From: a virus
Lineage: Duplodnaviria; Caudoviricetes
DNA length: 24,255 bases
Strand: one strand, 5' to 3'
IMG/VR virus record: IMGVR_UViG_3300030095_003304
Span: 1 to 24,255 of that record
Position 1 is the stretch's first letter; every line of letters starts with the position of its first letter. The position numbers and the translations under genes are program-made. Below the pieces are notes generated by a model. It made no database searches. It was not told where the DNA came from and saw only the letters and a program-made list of their open reading frames with translations. Positions 22,170 through 24,255 of the stretch are shown here, piece by piece.

Positions 22170-24253
22170 TATTGAGCCAGTAAACCTTGAGCTTTGAGTG
22201 CCTTGACAATGTCGCCAGTCGTGTAAGCTGTGCCTGAGCCTCCTGTAAATGTAGAATCATCTTTTGCCGCTGTACCGCTTCCCGCTGTAAATCCAGTTGT
22301 TGTTCCAGTTGTGCTTTGTTGAACTATTCTGGATTCGTTAAATATAATTGTTCCATTAGTAGTAACAGCAAGCCCATTAGTGCCTACATCAGTAAAGGTA
22401 TTAGTTGCCTTACGCAGGTCTACCATTAAGGTAGGTGCTACAGCAGTTAGAGCCGCATCTGCTGAGAAATATATTTGACTTGCTTGAGAGGCAGTAAGAA
22501 CGGCCTTGTGCAAAGCAACATAATTACCAAGGGCAATGCCATCTCCAGCATTAGAACCACCATCAGAACCAATCTGGAACTGACCGCTGTTAGATAACGT
22601 TCCCGCTACCGAGGCGGTAACGCCTGTTTGAGCAACATTATCAACATAAGCTATTACATTACCATTGCGGTCAACAGTAACTACATAAGTATGCCATTTG
22701 TTATCATTAAGACCAGTTGCTAGCGTGAAGTCAGCAGAACCAGCTGAGTCCTGCATTGTTAATATAAGACTACCACCTACAAATTTTAATCTATACCCCG
22801 TTCCTGATAGTTTAGTAAGGACGGGTTCTGTTCCGCTACTGTCTAACCTTGCCCAGAAAGATAAACTAAAATCTCCTGCATCAACATCTAATGCGGCATT
22901 ATCAGCTAGGCTAAGGAACGCAGATGTGTTAGTAAAGGTAATGCTACGTGGAACAAAGTTTGCTTCATTGTTTAACTTTGTATGATCCGCATCGGTAAAA
23001 ACATTTGAATCAGTTGCTGCTTCTACGGCTGCCCTTATTTCCGCATTACTTTGATCCGCCGTTGCCCCATCTTCAACATTTAAATCACTTCGTACTTCAG
23101 CTGCAGTTCTACCCTCTACAGATGTTCCATCAATTTTTAAAAAGTCGTTATCGGAACAGGCCGCATTAGCAAGCAAAACATTACCATTTGAAATGCCGCC
23201 TGTTAGGGTTTTTACAAACGCAAGGTTTGTTACCTCTGAATCCATTAAAGCTCCAGCGGTTGTAACATTTGTTTCATTAGTTTTATCAGCTTCGTTTTCA
23301 ACATTCAGTGCCGTTCGCACTTCGGCTGCCGTTAAGCCCTCTACTTCTGTACCATTAATTCTTAGGAAGTCATCGTCTGCCACTGCGCTGTTAGCTGCTA
23401 AAACATTTCCGTTTGAAATACCTTTGTTTAAAGCATCTAACTTGGAATGATCTGCTGTTGTAAAATTTTCATCTGTTTGAGAATCTACAACAAAATCCAT
23501 ATTGTTATTAGTATCATCATACGTTACAGTAATTCCTGATTTGTTCCCGCCAGATGCTACTAATGGTCCAGCTATATCTTGTATTTCTTCTGTTGTGCTT
23601 CCTGCAATAGTATTTAACTTTGTGAGTTGAGCAGCACTTATAAATTGTTTATCACCGCTACCTGTTAGGTTGGTGGTGGGTGCAGTCAGGGTAGAAAATG
23701 TTCCAACCGCTAAGGAGTTAGCACCGATTACTACTCCATCAATAGCACCACCATCAATGTCAACCGATCCAGATGCTTGAGTAGCTATAGTTCCTAAGCC
23801 AAGGCTTGTTCTGGCGGTTGCCCCTGACTCGTAGTTAAAGGCTCCTGCTCCTGTTGCAACAATGATTTGACCATCGGATGCGGGTGCAGACAAAGCTCCT
23901 AAATCGTCAAGAACGTCTTTCTGTTCCTGTGCCCCTAAACTTGTTCTAGCTGCCGAAGCAGAGGAGGCATTTGTACCACCATTTGCTACGGCTAATGTCC
24001 CCGTAATTGAACCATTTGGTAAGCTGTCCAAGCTTAAGCTACCAGTATGATTGGCTCGTTTAATTGCTTCAGCATAAACGGAACTTTGTTGCGTATCAGA
24101 ACCACCTGGAACGTGGTCAACTAGAAGATCGGATAAATGTATGGATGAAGTTCCAGCAGGTATAAGAAACTTAGCCTTCTCCCTATTTGGAAAAATAACT
24201 TCAAATATGCTATTAATATCTGAGTCACCATTGTTAAATAGAGCTACGCTTCC
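22169..24253 (-). CDS. Tail fibre/receptor-binding protein with LamG (concanavalin A-like) domain; 5' end outside the window
   Basis: Frame stays open from 24031 to the window edge (GSVALFNNGD...RANHTGSLSLDSLP). Fibre motifs LAVANGGT, ARTSLGLGTIATQ, IDGGAIDG; LamG-like FSLSFWAR..LNDNKWHTYVVTVDR..AYVDN. Confidence 0.85.
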   Translation of the reverse strand, partial: GSVALFNNGDSDINSIFEVIFPNREKAKFLIPAGTSSIHLSDLLVDHVPGGSDTQQSSVYAEAIKRANHTGSLSLDSLPNGSITGTLAVANGGTNASSASAARTSLGAQEQKDVLDDLGALSAPASDGQIIVATGAGAFNYESGATARTSLGLGTIATQASGSVDIDGGAIDGVVIGANSLAVGTFSTLTAPTTNLTGSGDKQFISAAQLTKLNTIAGSTTEEIQDIAGPLVASGGNKSGITVTYDDTNNNMDFVVDSQTDENFTTADHSKLDALNKGISNGNVLAANSAVADDDFLRINGTEVEGLTAAEVRTALNVENEADKTNETNVTTAGALMDSEVTNLAFVKTLTGGISNGNVLLANAACSDNDFLKIDGTSVEGRTAAEVRSDLNVEDGATADQSNAEIRAAVEAATDSNVFTDADHTKLNNEANFVPRSITFTNTSAFLSLADNAALDVDAGDFSLSFWARLDSSGTEPVLTKLSGTGYRLKFVGGSLILTMQDSAGSADFTLATGLNDNKWHTYVVTVDRNGNVIAYVDNVAQTGVTASVAGTLSNSGQFQIGSDGGSNAGDGIALGNYVALHKAVLTASQASQIYFSADAALTAVAPTLMVDLRKATNTFTDVGTNGLAVTTNGTIIFNESRIVQQSTTGTTTGFTAGSGTAAKDDSTFTGGSGTAYTTGDIVKALKAQGLLAQ

Positions 24254-24255
24254 CG

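Noticed and set aside
12735-23450. Numerous + strand ORFs opposite the virion genes, and - strand ORFs opposite dnaB and the MTase
   Set aside because: Antisense shadows of long coding frames, with no leaders or recognisable motifs.

Overview
Part of a tailed dsDNA bacteriophage genome with two convergent arms. The + strand (about 700-12600) carries a run of small early genes, including a signal-peptide SleB/Hydrolase_2-like muralytic enzyme and an HTH protein. A replication and nucleotide-metabolism module follows: T7 gp6-like 5'-3' exonuclease, DnaB helicase, C5 cytosine methyltransferase, HNH-like nuclease, SSB-like protein, DUF5664-like dNTP diphosphohydrolase and a metallophosphoesterase. 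The - strand (12753 to the window end) carries virion genes: a LamG tail fibre truncated by the window edge, a repeat-rich tail protein and probable ejection proteins, one with an LPD38-like C-terminus. Most + strand genes lack Shine-Dalgarno sites and have G-poor A/C leaders instead. Four observations stand out. (1) Two separate ORF-free regions (about 41-341 and 4350-4672) look like paralogous ~300-nt structured RNAs: they share CGGAGCAAG..AGCCCAAGTC, an AGUC/GACU long-range pairing and an AGGAA..T7 end. (2) A terminator/antiterminator kissing-loop leader precedes the second RNA and the replication genes. (3) The methyltransferase is encoded as two fully overlapping 381-codon frames that split the conserved motifs between them. 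(4) A covarying hairpin motif is repeated between early genes. All family calls are by visual motif recognition; no searches or folding programs were run.
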